Shown one piece after another: positions 38,601 to 51,200 of a stretch of DNA of 64,000 bases. The stretch lies in the NCBI GenBank assembly GCA_965153285.1, contig OZ229112.1; one strand, 5' to 3'. Under the pieces are notes generated by a model that saw only the letters and a list, made by a program, of their open reading frames with translations, did no database searches and was not told the origin of the DNA. Position 1 is the stretch's first letter. Each line of letters opens with the position of its first letter. Source of the DNA: Podarcis tiliguerta (taxonomy: Eukaryota). Both the position numbers and the translations under genes were made by a program.

Positions 38601-41600
38601 ATCCAAACACAAGAGAGAGGTGTCAACAGAGTTGGGAGAACCCCACTGTTTGCAGACATGCACTGAAATCTTCGGGGGGGGGGGTATTAAGAGGGCAAAC
38701 CCATTGAGTATGAACATGTTCAGTGGCCATGAAATACTAGCTGACTGTTTGAGGGTGGGAAACTCGTGTTTTCAGTGTGCGTGAATTTCTCAGTAGATTA
38801 ACACTTGACAGGTGGTTTTTGTGTGTGTGTCTTAAGGTATTGTCCAGAGCTTTCAGGAACAGATTTGTGGAGCTGCATTTTGATGAGCTACCAAGTACAG
38901 AGCTAGAAACCATCCTGCACAAAAGATGTCACCTTCCACCTTCGTACTGCAGTAAACTTGTCAAAGTCATGCTGGAGTTGCAGGTATGGACAGTAATCTT
39001 TTTTCTCTTAATGAGAAAATAATAGAGAAGTCACTTGAGCCCTAGTTGTAGTTTGGTGTCATACTCAAGGCGCACACATTTATTGGCTTGGGGGGGGGGG
39101 TTGGAGCGGGGTATTGTTGAGCTACATAGCAACCTACCAGAATATGTTTGGCTCAGGGGACTGATGGTCATTACTGAAATATTGGTGAAATTTGGACAAA
39201 TAAATGCTACGAAGACAACTTGGAGAATTGGTGGTAAGGAGGGGAGGCATTGCAAGAGTAGTGGAAAATGCAGTTGTGGGTACAGAAAATTGTGTTGGAT
39301 CATGAATGCTTTTATGTCCTTTTAAATCTAGTCTTATCGCAGAGGTTCTTCAGTGTTTGCTGGCAAGCATGGTTTCATTACCCTTCGGGATCTCTTTCGC
39401 TGGGCTGAAAGGTACCGATTAGCAGAACAGATGGAGAAGGAGTATGACTGGCTTCAGCATTTAGCAAATGACGGTGAGTCTCCACTTGTTTCTTTTCAAC
39501 TTACACAGCCAGTGTGTCCAGCTCAGTAGCCACATTTCAACCATTTTTCAAAAGCGGTGAACATCCTGATGAACTGTTGTCTTTCTTTTACTAGGATTTA
39601 TGCTTCTGGCAGGAAGGGTCAGGAAACAAGAAGAAGTTGACGTTATCCAAACAGTCATTGAAAAACACTTTAAGAGAAAGCTGCATCCTCAGCACCTCTT
39701 CTCAGAAGAAAGTGTAAAGAAACAAATGGGTAAATTTGAAAAACGCTAAAAATAATAAAAGAAGATTTAATGTTTGGCTAAAGCTAATTAATTTGTTTTT
39801 GTTTGTTTCCTTCCTCAACCCCATTACCACTTTGAACCAGCTAAAGCATCTACGTGGAAATCTATAATGGGCGATGAATTCAGTCACATTGTGTGGACTC
39901 AAGGGATGACAAGGCTTGCCATTTTGGCAGGCCGAGCATTAGAGTTTGGTGAACCTATACTTCTGGTTGGAGACACAGGGTAAACCAGTCTTCAATATAT
40001 TCATTATTAGTTTTATTTATTTTTTGCATAGAGCAACAGACAAGTCACTGGAGTTTAATTGACTGCAAGCTTTGTGTTATGCAGGTGTGGCAAAACTACT
40101 ATTTGTCAGATATTTGCAGCATTGGCTGGTCGGAAATTACATTCTGTGAACTGTCACTTGCACATGGAGACCTCTGACTTCCTGGGTGGACTGCGACCTG
40201 TTAGACAGAGATCAAAGGATGAGGTAAGTTGGCATTATGGTGCCTGATATAATTGAGAGCTTGAAAAATCCACCAAGTGCGTGCCTGTAAATATTTGTAT
40301 GTATGTATGTATGTATGTATGTATGTATGTACACGCACACTTGATCAGACTTTCCCTTTTTCTTTCAAACAGGAGTTCGATGGTTCTAGGCTGTTTGAAT
40401 GGCATGATGGAGCCCTTGTCTTAGCAATGAGAGAGGATGGCTTTTTTCTCATGGATGAGATTTCATTGGCAGATGATTCTGTTCTTGAAAGACTAAATAG
40501 GTATGCACTTGAAAACTGGACATTTTTTAGTCTGTTGCCTTGGCGTGTCATTCACAAATGCAAATTGGATAAATCTTAACTTTTCCCTGGCTTCTTCTGA
40601 TTCTTGCTGCTCTTCTAAACAACAAGAGTTGCAAAGCTTCTGTCGATTAGGCAAGTCTCTAGTGTTTTGTATGGATGTTTGAAATTTAACGAGAACAAAT
40701 ATTGAGAACGTGGTTTTATTTCAGCGTCCTTGAAACTGAAAAGACGCTAGTGTTGGCTGAAAAAGCCAGTGAGGACAATGAAGTAGAACTGCTGACTGCA
40801 GGAAAGAAGTTTCGCATTTTAGCCACAATGAATCCTGGCGGCGACTTTGGGAAGAAAGAGGTAATGTAAGAAAATGCCGTTCTGTGCTGGCTGCCACTTT
40901 CAATTACCTGTAGTTTTAGGAATGAAAAAAATGCCTATGCCGACTTGGCCTTAGGGTTTTTCCAGAAGCTTGTAAGGCATTGCAACCAGTCCCACATCCT
41001 ACCTTTCCCGGACCCCAGGCTCTTTGATAGTTACATTTTCCTTATCACATGGCTGTCCTTCGCAGGCTACAGCTGCTTGGGAGCCCCATGCCCTTATCTG
41101 TAAGAAAGACCACACACATTCACACTCCCAGTTCTTTTATTTATGACCTAATTACCACAGGGAGGAAGAGACAGGAAAGCTCTTACTACCAGGCCTTTCA
41201 AGTCAAGTAGGTTACATTTCAAGGAGTAAAGAGTACTAAAATAATATTAAACGGTTAGGAAAAGCTGTTTCAGTATAAATTCATATCTCATTTGTTTCAC
41301 CACATAGTGATCCTTTGCAGGGGAAGGTGGCCATCAGACTGAAAAAAGATTCCCTGCCCCGACCTAGCTCCACATGGAGATCTGACAGCTAATTTGATTG
41401 TTGATTGTTTGATTGTTGGAACTGAGTAAATGTGTTATTTCCTAGATAGATAGAATTAATCGGAAAAATGTGGAAATGGTTGAGATTAATAAAATTAGTG
41501 ATGATGAAGAAAATGCAGCATAAAGAAGTGTGGGTTGGTTTGGGATCCTGTAGTAGATCATATTATAAGACTATTAGGAATTTCAGGGGCAGGAATTAAT

Positions 41601-44600
41601 GTCATTCTCCTCTGAGAATGTCATAAAATATCAAGCCTATTAAGCTGCAAGTATGTTTGCATGAGTAAATCGTTTTTCTAAGGATAAATTAGGTCTAATA
41701 AAACATTCATTTTAAAAAAGTAAAACTCATTTTTATGCAGTTTTGTTCTTTGACGCACACTATTCTAACCTATTGTGCTTTTTGATACTCCCTTACACAT
41801 TATTTATAGCAATATGTTTTCCCTCGTTTTATAATTTTTCGGTTTTCTCTTTTTATCCCGGTAACCCTCTTTGAGGATTCTTAAATTTTCCTCTGAGCAC
41901 TTCCCTTCATAATAACTGCACTTAATATTTTCTTGCCCATAGCTGTCGCCTGCCTTGCGTAATAGATTTACAGAAATATGGTGTCCGCAAAGTAACAACC
42001 GTATGGATTTAATGCAAATTGTAAACCATAATCTTCATCCAGGACTCTGCTTTGCCAAACAGAATGACAAAGGTAAATATCAGAGGTATTTGTTCACCAA
42101 CTCCATCACCTACTTATTCTCTCTGGGTGTCCCTCTGCTTATATCAGTAATGGGAGACCTTTTCAGCACGAGGGTCACATGCCAGTGCTGGCCAGATTGA
42201 GAAGCACCTCTTCCCTCTTCCTTAAAGCTTTCTCTTCTTACTCTAGTGAGTTTTAGGGCTGCCATGCTCTGCTGGTTTAATCACATTCAGGCAGGATTTT
42301 CCATCCTTTGTAGGCCAGGAAGAGAATAGAAAAAAGAAAGAACAGAAAAGATGTTAACAGTCAAAAGAGACTTTTATGAAACTGCTAAAGCAGGTTCAAA
42401 ACCAGTGAAGTGGTTTTGTTGCTGAAAAACGTCTGCAATCACTTCTGAGTACCTTTCTCCCTAGTAACCAGCCTGCACTCCTCCGTTTCTGTGTCCCAGT
42501 GGGGTTTCCTTCTAAAAGACCTTCTGTTCTTGCAAGTCAGCTTCTCTCAGATTCTAAAAGCTAAGAAGTTAGTTCAGGCGGTTCTGAAATAGTCTCACTC
42601 TCTTAAGCGCTGCCCATAGGTTTTTCTCTAAGCTGAATAATATTCCTGTGGAGAAGTCCCATGGGACTCCTGCTACAAATGGCCCAGACTGAAGGTACCA
42701 CTTACCTGTTGTTCAGACGCGACTAGCAGATAACAGAAATTGCAAACAGGTGTGATCTTGCGACACTGCAATTTTTCACTTGAGATTTAGTCCAATGCAT
42801 GTTTATCTGGCAGTATGACAAATTGAATATAGGAGTGCTTACCTTTCAGTATGTTTCAGATGCTGTATGTTCCAAATTCTATACTTGATAAACCTAGATT
42901 GTGGAATTGAAATATATTTGCATAATACTGGGGTCATTTTAAGTGCAAAATCAGTTTCCTTTTGCTTAAATTTTATCATTGCCTGGACAGTGATTTAAGG
43001 AAGAACAGTTTGAGCTCTTAGTACGTTGAAAGGGATAAAAAAAAGTTTGGAATTCAGTGACTAGATTCTGTGGTATAGGCAGAGGTTGCTATGCATATTG
43101 TCACCAGAGACCTCATTTGAACACAGCTGTAAGTTGCTGTCGGAAAAAGCTCTTTCAAATTGAACATCTAAGGATTGTTCTAGTCCAAATATATGTGCAT
43201 GTCATACAGGTCTGACCTAGGTTCTTTGTTATCCAAGGTTTAAAATGAAGGATGAAAAAATACGTAGTGCTCATGAAACATACTCTCTTATTTTTTCTAT
43301 CCTTGGCTATATTCTCTGCATTAAGATGAATGTTTGTCCTCTTAGGCTTAAAGTAATGGTCTGGGCCAAAGTTCAGTCACTGTGGACAAAGAGACCAATG
43401 AAGTTGCAGGATCAAAGCATGTTTTGAATTTTGCATCTGCTGATTTACTTGTGGATGTTTTTTTTTTAAGCATTCAACCCTTTCTACTTTTGCAGATATT
43501 TATGTAAAAACATTTAAGCACTTCTATTCAGTTATCTTGCAAAAATTATGTACAGAGGCCTCTGCATCCCTTGTGGGTCATTGTGAATTACTGCAAAACA
43601 TATTCTGTTTCAGGTCTGTGTCTTATGTATTTTTTCTCTTCTCTCCATCTAATCACCTTTCCCAGGGGCAGATATTGCAGGGCTCATGATGGATTTCATA
43701 GAGTGGCTGACCAATCAAGAATTTGGACACCACTGTATCCTCAGCATCCGGGATGTTTTGTCGTGGGTCAGCTTCATGAATGCTATGGCGCAAGACAAAC
43801 TATCCAGTTCTTCAGAGGAGCACCAGCTTTTTAGCGTCTGTCCAGTGACAACATTTGTCCATGCTGCATGTCTGGTGTACATAGATGGAATAGGTTCAGG
43901 TATGTCTTCAGTTTCTTTGCTTTATCTCTGAATAGTTCAGATCGTTTATTGGGGAGGGGGTCCCTCAACCCCTGGATGAGAACTACGCAAGGGTTTAAAG
44001 CAAGTTTGTCATTTTGGAACAAAAATAGTAAACAGTCTCAAGACGCATGCAAGCAACGTATAGTGTTTGTGCTACAGAGTGTGCATTACAACCTGTCTAC
44101 AGATTTTGGCCATATCTCACTGTTAACTACATGTTCATTTCCACCATTGACATATAACTATGATCTCTTCTTCCCTCTACCCCCTATGTAGGCACCATGT
44201 CCTGTTCGGCTGGCTCAGCTGCTTTGGCTCGTGAAAAATGCCTGGAATATTTGTGTGGGGAAATTTCCCAAGTAGTGCAACTCACTGAGGTTCAGAAGAA
44301 TGAGCTGAAAATATATGACCTGAAGAGGGAAAGGGAAATGGTTTGGATGGAGAACCACATAGGAATCCACCCATTTTTCATACCAACAGGCAAGGAACTC
44401 TTTTGGTGGTATTGCTGCTGCTGCTGCTGTACAATTTGAATGGTGATGTGCTGCTTACGATGACTTATGAGCAGAATGCGTGAGAGATGACAAGCATGCA
44501 GGGGAAAAAATTGTTACAGTCCTTCCAAGACCCTTCCATTTCTAATTGAGTGCTTGAATGCTCTTTTCTCAGATGAAGGCACTTAGCTTAGACTTCGCTC

Positions 44601-47600
44601 TGGCATGCTAGCTTTCCATATGCATGGAGTTTTTAAGAGCTTTAATGGCGGAGCATTCAAATATTTTACTCCACAATCTGTAGTTAGAATTGTTAAGTAT
44701 CATAATTCTGTGTATTTCAGATGTTAAGACAGGAGTGCCGTTGCTTAATATAGCTAAGCCTGCACCACCCATTAAAAAGAGGGGAGATTAGGGAAGATTG
44801 CAAAAATACAAAAAACAAAACTTTGGAGGAAAATCCCTCTGCATCAAGATGAATGTTGATCTGGTACCATTATTCTGTCTGATGAGCTAGTACTTTCACT
44901 GGAGCAAAAATGTTGATCATCTTACACTGTAATCTAATTAATTTTTTATTTGCCTTCTCTGTGCTGTAGGCCCTATTTACCAGAAGAACAATGTCTCAGA
45001 CTACGCTCTAAATGCAGGAACTACAGCAATGAATGCACAGCGGTTGTTAAGGGCCTTGCAACTCAGCAAGCCCATTCTCCTGGAAGGCTCTCCAGGTGTT
45101 GGGAAAACCAGCCTAGTAGCAGCCTTGGCAAAGGCTTCGGGAAATTGCCTTGTTAGAATCAATCTTTCTGAACAAACGGTAGGTAGGGATTACTGTGGTC
45201 TCCACTGAAATACCTGTACTTGCGAATGTGAGAGTCTATACTTGCAAGTTAACAGGTGTTAAGTTTTCACAAATCTTGAGAATACTCCTAATTGATTGGG
45301 GAGGGGGAAGATGCTTAGAAATAGGTAAGTTTAATAAGGAGTGTATTGTTGATTAATTCTAAGAGGAAGCATCATATTCCTTTTCCTGTCTAGTAAAGGG
45401 ACACATTCTGCTAGAATTGTGATCCATCTATTGGTGTGAATGATCAAAACAAACTGCCTAAAATACAGATGCAAAGAACCTTGATCAAAGTTTGCTGCTT
45501 GAATATTGGTTAAAATCTTAATGGTTTAGAATTATTTTTCTTTATTTTTAAAATTACTCTTGGGTTTCATTTTTGTTCATAGAATGCACTTACTGGCTGA
45601 TGCAACAGATGCATAGAACAAAATATTTATAACTCTTGGTATAAATGCTACTGGATTATTACTGCAAGCCTAGGAGAGCTTTTTCTAAATTGCAAATGTT
45701 TCACATGCATTTGGAAACCTTGACTTTTCTTCCTTCTGATCCAGGACGTCACAGATTTGTTTGGCACAGACTTACCTGTTGAAGGGGGCAAAGGAGGGGA
45801 ATTTGCCTGGCGTGATGGACCTTTGCTTGCAGCATTGAAAGCTGGACACTGGATTGTATTAGATGAGGTGAGTTCAGCTTAATGTAGCACAGAAAAAGGA
45901 TTTTCGTTCCTTTTTTGAAAAATGAGGTCTCTAGCTGTCTCAATATGCTGTTTGGGGACTTTAAAAGGATCTTATCCAAACATGGTAAAGTTAACAGTGC
46001 ATTCTCCTTACGTGGAGAAAGTATCCTGGAACAGTCTGCTGCTCCCATTTATTCAAGAGGCTGCTCAGATTTTATCTTCAGTTTTCCAGTGGGAGAACGC
46101 ACACTTGCTTTTTCTGGGGTGGCAGTTACAGAAGGCGATTTTGTGGACAAACAGCTTGAGTTCTGTGTCATGGATGTGCTGCAGTTTACAGAAGATTAAA
46201 ACTACTACTTACCTTTTAAGTGCCGTCTTAGGGCTGAATTAGCTTGAAATCAACACTTTCTTAATAGAATCCATAGGAAGTGGCTTTATAATATTGGTCC
46301 ATCCAGCTCAGGGTTTCAAACAGTGCCACTTGAAGATGCTAGCCATTGATTCTTGGGACCTTTTTTTGCACACAAGGCATCTACTCTACCCCTGAGCAAT
46401 GGCATTTATCTGGGTGGATTCCGACAGCCTCATTGACTTCACAGTTGTATTTACCTTTAGGCTACGCCAGGCGTGTCCAACAGGTAGATCATGATCTACT
46501 GGTAGATCTCAGGCCCCTCAGTGATCTCCTCCCCCCAAAGAAGCTCAACAGCTTTGGCCTCCTAAAAAGCTCAACAACTTTGGTCCATCCAACAGCAATG
46601 GGTAGATCATTGCCAGTTTTTTTATAGTGTGAGTAGATCACAGTCTTTGGGAGTTGGACGTCCCTGGGCTATGCTGTTGCTCTTTTGTTGTGCAAAAGGA
46701 GCTTGAAGCCAAAAGAGTAGCTAAATAACCAGGGCATTTGTGTTAATCTGAAGTTAACTTTTCCTGAGCTAACTACAGTACTTTTGCTTATTTGCTATAG
46801 ATTTAAAGGTGTTTTGTGGGCAAAAGTGTGTGTTGTGAAGAGGAGGGGCAGTGTAAATTTTCCTGTTGGTTTCTCTCAAATAGCTGAACTTGGCTTCTCA
46901 GTCGGTACTAGAAGGCCTGAATGCTTGTTTTGACCATCGGGCAGAGATTTACATTCCTGAGTTGGGAATGAGCTTCCATGTGCAACACAAGAAAACAAAG
47001 ATCTTTGGATGCCAGAATCCCTACAGGCAAGGAGGTGGCAGAAAGGGATTGCCCAAATCTTTTCTGAACAGATTCACACAGGCAAGTCCATAATGTCATT
47101 TAAAACTATTTCTCTTGTCCTCCTTTCTAAATGGAATCATTTTTATTTCATTTGCAAGCGCACTGTGCATTTTTCTTTGTCTACATAAAAATAATACTTG
47201 AGTCTCACCTCCCACCCCATTTAATTATATTGATGATGTAGGTTTTCGTGGACCCTCTCTCATCCGCAGACATGGAGTACATTGGAAATACCCTGTTTCC
47301 TGCTATTGACAAAAAGATTATTGCAAAAATGGTTGAATTTAACAACATGGTAAGTATAATTCCTGAACCTCCTCTTGATGATGTGAATGGTCTTCTTAAG
47401 GAGAGGGACCTCAGGGTTCTGGTGACTGTCCCCACAAGTCTAAGCCAATGACTGCTGCAACTATGTGAAAAGCTGGTCACAGTTTTCATCCGAACATGTA
47501 TTGAGACAAACTTCATGTGTAGTCATTTTCAACTCTGGAGTTGCAGTGGCATATAAACTAGCTGGGCTCCACAGATAACAGCCACTGCAGACTGGGTTTG

Positions 47601-48203
47601 TATTTCATTTTTTGTTGCCTAATAATGTCAGACAGAACTTCCCTTTTTTTCTTCCTATGGCATGTTCCGTTTGTGTGGCTGAGGCTTACTAAGTCTGAGT
47701 TCACATAAGAGTTTCTTTGAGGCTTTCCCCCTAGCAAGTAGGCATAGAATCATACATGTGTGTCCAAGGTAAGACAACTGCATGTTGTATGTGTTTAGGT
47801 TTCCCCAGTTATTCTGGAACAAGAGCATTCCATAAAGATTTTGAATGGACGGTAAAGAGTGGTGGTAGCTTAGAAGAGCAGTAAATTAAGTTGAATGCTT
47901 GGCGCAATGAATGCTTTCTTGTGCGATGGCGTTTTAATAATCTACCATGAGCTGAAACACGTCTGAGTTTTTAATCTTTTGAACTGGTACGATATTCAGA
48001 TTGATCAAGAAGTTATGGTTGAGAAGAAGTGGGGGCATAAAGGTGGACCTTGGGAGTTTAATCTGCGTGACCTTTTCCGCTGGTGTCAGCTGATGCTTGT
48101 TGACCAGTCGCCTGGCAGTTACGATCCAGGACAACACGTGTTCTTGATATACGGGGAAAGAATGAGAACAAATACGGACAAGGAGAAGGTAAGGAGCATG
48201 AAT

Positions 48204-48251
<48 letters not shown>

Positions 48252-51200
48252 AATTTATTATTTATACCCCGCCCATCTGGCTGGGTTTCCCCAGCCACTC
48301 TGGGCGGCTTCCGAAAGAATATTAAAATACTGTGATACATCAAACATTAAAAGCTTCCCTAAACAGGGCTGCCTTCAGATGTCTTCTAAAAGTCTGGTAG
48401 TTGTTGTTCTCTTTGACATCTGGTGGGAGGGCGTTCCACAGGGAGGAAGCCACTACCGAGAAGGCCCTCTGCTTGGTTCCCTGTAACTTGGCTTCTCGCA
48501 GTGAGGGAACCGCCAGAAGGCCCTTGGTGCTGGACCTCAGTGTCCGGGTAGAACGATGGGGGTGGAGACGCTTCTTCAGGTATACTGGACCGAGGCCATT
48601 TAGGGCTTTAAAAATGTGAAATGAAAAATGTGAAAAATGAAAAATGTGAATGGATATGTTAAACCATTCTTGGATCTTAAACACAAATTTTACTGAATTT
48701 TTTTGGGTACCCTTTCCCACGTTATTTGAAACATTGAATGACTTCTATTTAAGATTATCTACTTTCCTCCAAGGCCTTGAATTAGCATTTCAGTTAAGCA
48801 GGTGCAGGATTTGAAGGGACCTCATGTAGTTTTATCACCATTCATGTGCTAAGGATGTGTTAGAGATAGATTAAACTCCTGGTACATTGGGTAAGAGGGC
48901 TTACAGCAAGTGTGTGGAAAGGGAACCTACCTAAGTGTAATTTCATTGCCATTAGGGAGCTTGATCAGACAAAATGATCCCACAGCTTTCTTGCTGTGTC
49001 CTGTGCCAGCAACTCTCAGATACCACAATCAGCCTTTAGTGGATTTGCAGAATGCTGTTCTCGTTTTGCTTATGATTAGTGCTCAGAAAAAATGGCGTGA
49101 AAAATAAATGTGGTTTTGAGGGGCAATTGAAAACTCACTGGCCCCGCAGGTAAGCAGTCTAGTTTTGCATTCTAGCTTCTCTCAAGCTGAGGCTTAGTTC
49201 AGGTTGCAGCTGAGCATTACAAGCTGGGCAGATCTGTATCCTGAAGCAGGTGACTTCAGACTTCAACAAACAACCCATTTGGAGTTTCCCCAGTTTCTTT
49301 TGAAATCGTTCATTTGATACAGATTTGAGAGTTGCTGCAGAATTAGAATATAAGGATTTCAGCATTTGTTATAAATGTGATCTTTTTTTTCTTTGTTTGT
49401 TTGTTTTAGGTAGTGTGTCTATTCAGGGACATTTTTGGTCAGGATGCTGAACCATATATGGGTTCCAGACAGTTCCACATCACTCCTTATGACGTCCAGG
49501 TGAGAGAGAACAGAAGTTGCTGCTACTTGGGCATCTTCTTGAATTTCTGCTCCACACTATACATGCACACTAATGCACTTGCTTATTTTGTTTTTAATTC
49601 TACTGAAGGTTGGTTTCTCAATCCTCTCCCGCGCAAACTATGCTCCTCCTCCTGGCAGAAACTTATTCCTGCTTCACCATTCACTCCAGCCCTTGGAGTC
49701 CATCATGAAATGTGTGCATATGAGTTGGATGGTGATACTGGTAGGCCCTGCGGCTGCTGGCAAGACCAGCCTCATTCAGCTTCTAGCATATCTGACAGGT
49801 CATCAGTTGAAGATCATGGCGATGAACAGTTCTATGGATACAACCGAGCTGTTAGGTGGATTTGAGCAAGTAAGTGTGCATTTTTAAAATTTGGGAATAA
49901 GGACAAGTCAAGTGCATACAAGATACCACTTAACTTAAATTTGAGGAGTATATGAATGGGCAAAGTTTAAATGTCTTAACTGAAAGCAAGAAAGAAACAT
50001 CTCTAAGTGGTTTCCAAAACCGTGCTGAAGGAACCCAGTGGGAAGTGGTGGTTCAAGCAGTGACCAATGTAATAAATGTCCTATAGGTTGACATCATTAG
50101 GCCTTGGAAGAGCTTGCTGGAGAAGGTGGAGAACGTTGTAAGCACACTTCTAAGGGACAGCCTCCTCCTCACTGCTATCTGTCCAGAAGATGCTGAAGTT
50201 GTGCTGCGTGCCTGGAGCAGTTTCGTTCTAAATTTCAAGCCAAAGTCCCTTGGGGAAGGGAATCAAAACATAACCGTTGAACTGGTGAACAAATTGGAGG
50301 GAGTCCTTGCACTGGTCCAGCGGCTGAACAACAAGATCAGCTCCTACTCAAAGCCAGGTATGCACAGAAGCAGTAGGAAGTGATAGCGTTTTTCCTTTTT
50401 AAAATGTCATCAGCTAAGCATGTGCAAATTCCAGTTGCTGCAGGCCACCAGAGAAGGCAAAAACCACAAAGCATTTTAAAGACTGCTCTGATGTTACAAG
50501 GAAGACATTTTCATGGCGAGAGATGGTGTGTCTTTATGGAGCAGTTGTCAACTGAGATAAATGTGTACAAATGTGACCAGAGGAAAAGTATGAGTATTTG
50601 TGGTGCCACATGGTCTAGACATGTGTGCAACCACCTCTCTATTCTCCTGCACCCACTGGCATTCAGCCGAGGTGTGCAGGAACTTTACATGTACAGTGGT
50701 GAATGCACATAGAGCACTTGTGAGCAAGCCACCCAGGTCCATAGTTATTAAAGCTACATAATCTGCGGAAGTACAAAGCATAATTATTTGCTTCCTTAAA
50801 GATTTTTCCAGCCTCCATCACAGTTATGGTTGCTCCGCTCCCCCACACCAACTAGCAATAGTCTATTATGTTTATCATTCTGTGAATATTAAAGACATTC
50901 TCCCTTTTTAATGAAAACCTGGTTGATCTACATGCATTAGTTTAGACATCACATGTTGTCGAAGCTAATGCAAAGATCTTATGATCACAACTGAACAAAG
51001 AAAGAGGGACCGTTTGTCTAAGTTGGCGAAGGATACTAGACTAAATGTAGTTGTGAAAAGCACTCTGTGTGAATCTTGAGTACTGGCTTATTGGTTCATT
51101 GAATAGTATTCTAAGTATCTCTCCCCCCGATTTTAGAGTTTTCAAGACTTGTAGAAGAATTTCGGCACTTCAAGCTGCAGGTTATTCAGTATATGAGCAG

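Noticed and set aside
41499-41613. Possible C/D box snoRNA (GTGATGA...CTGA) in intron 32
   Set aside because: No terminal stem and no recognisable rRNA-complementary guide.
42450-42770. Antisense splice-like signals in intron 33 (e.g. CAG|GTAAGT at 42705)
   Set aside because: Implied introns are 60 nt or shorter, phases are incompatible and stops intervene.
48189-48335. Poly-Asn extension of the exon 40 ORF
   Set aside because: Read-through past a canonical AAG|GTAAGG donor into a LINE microsatellite tail.
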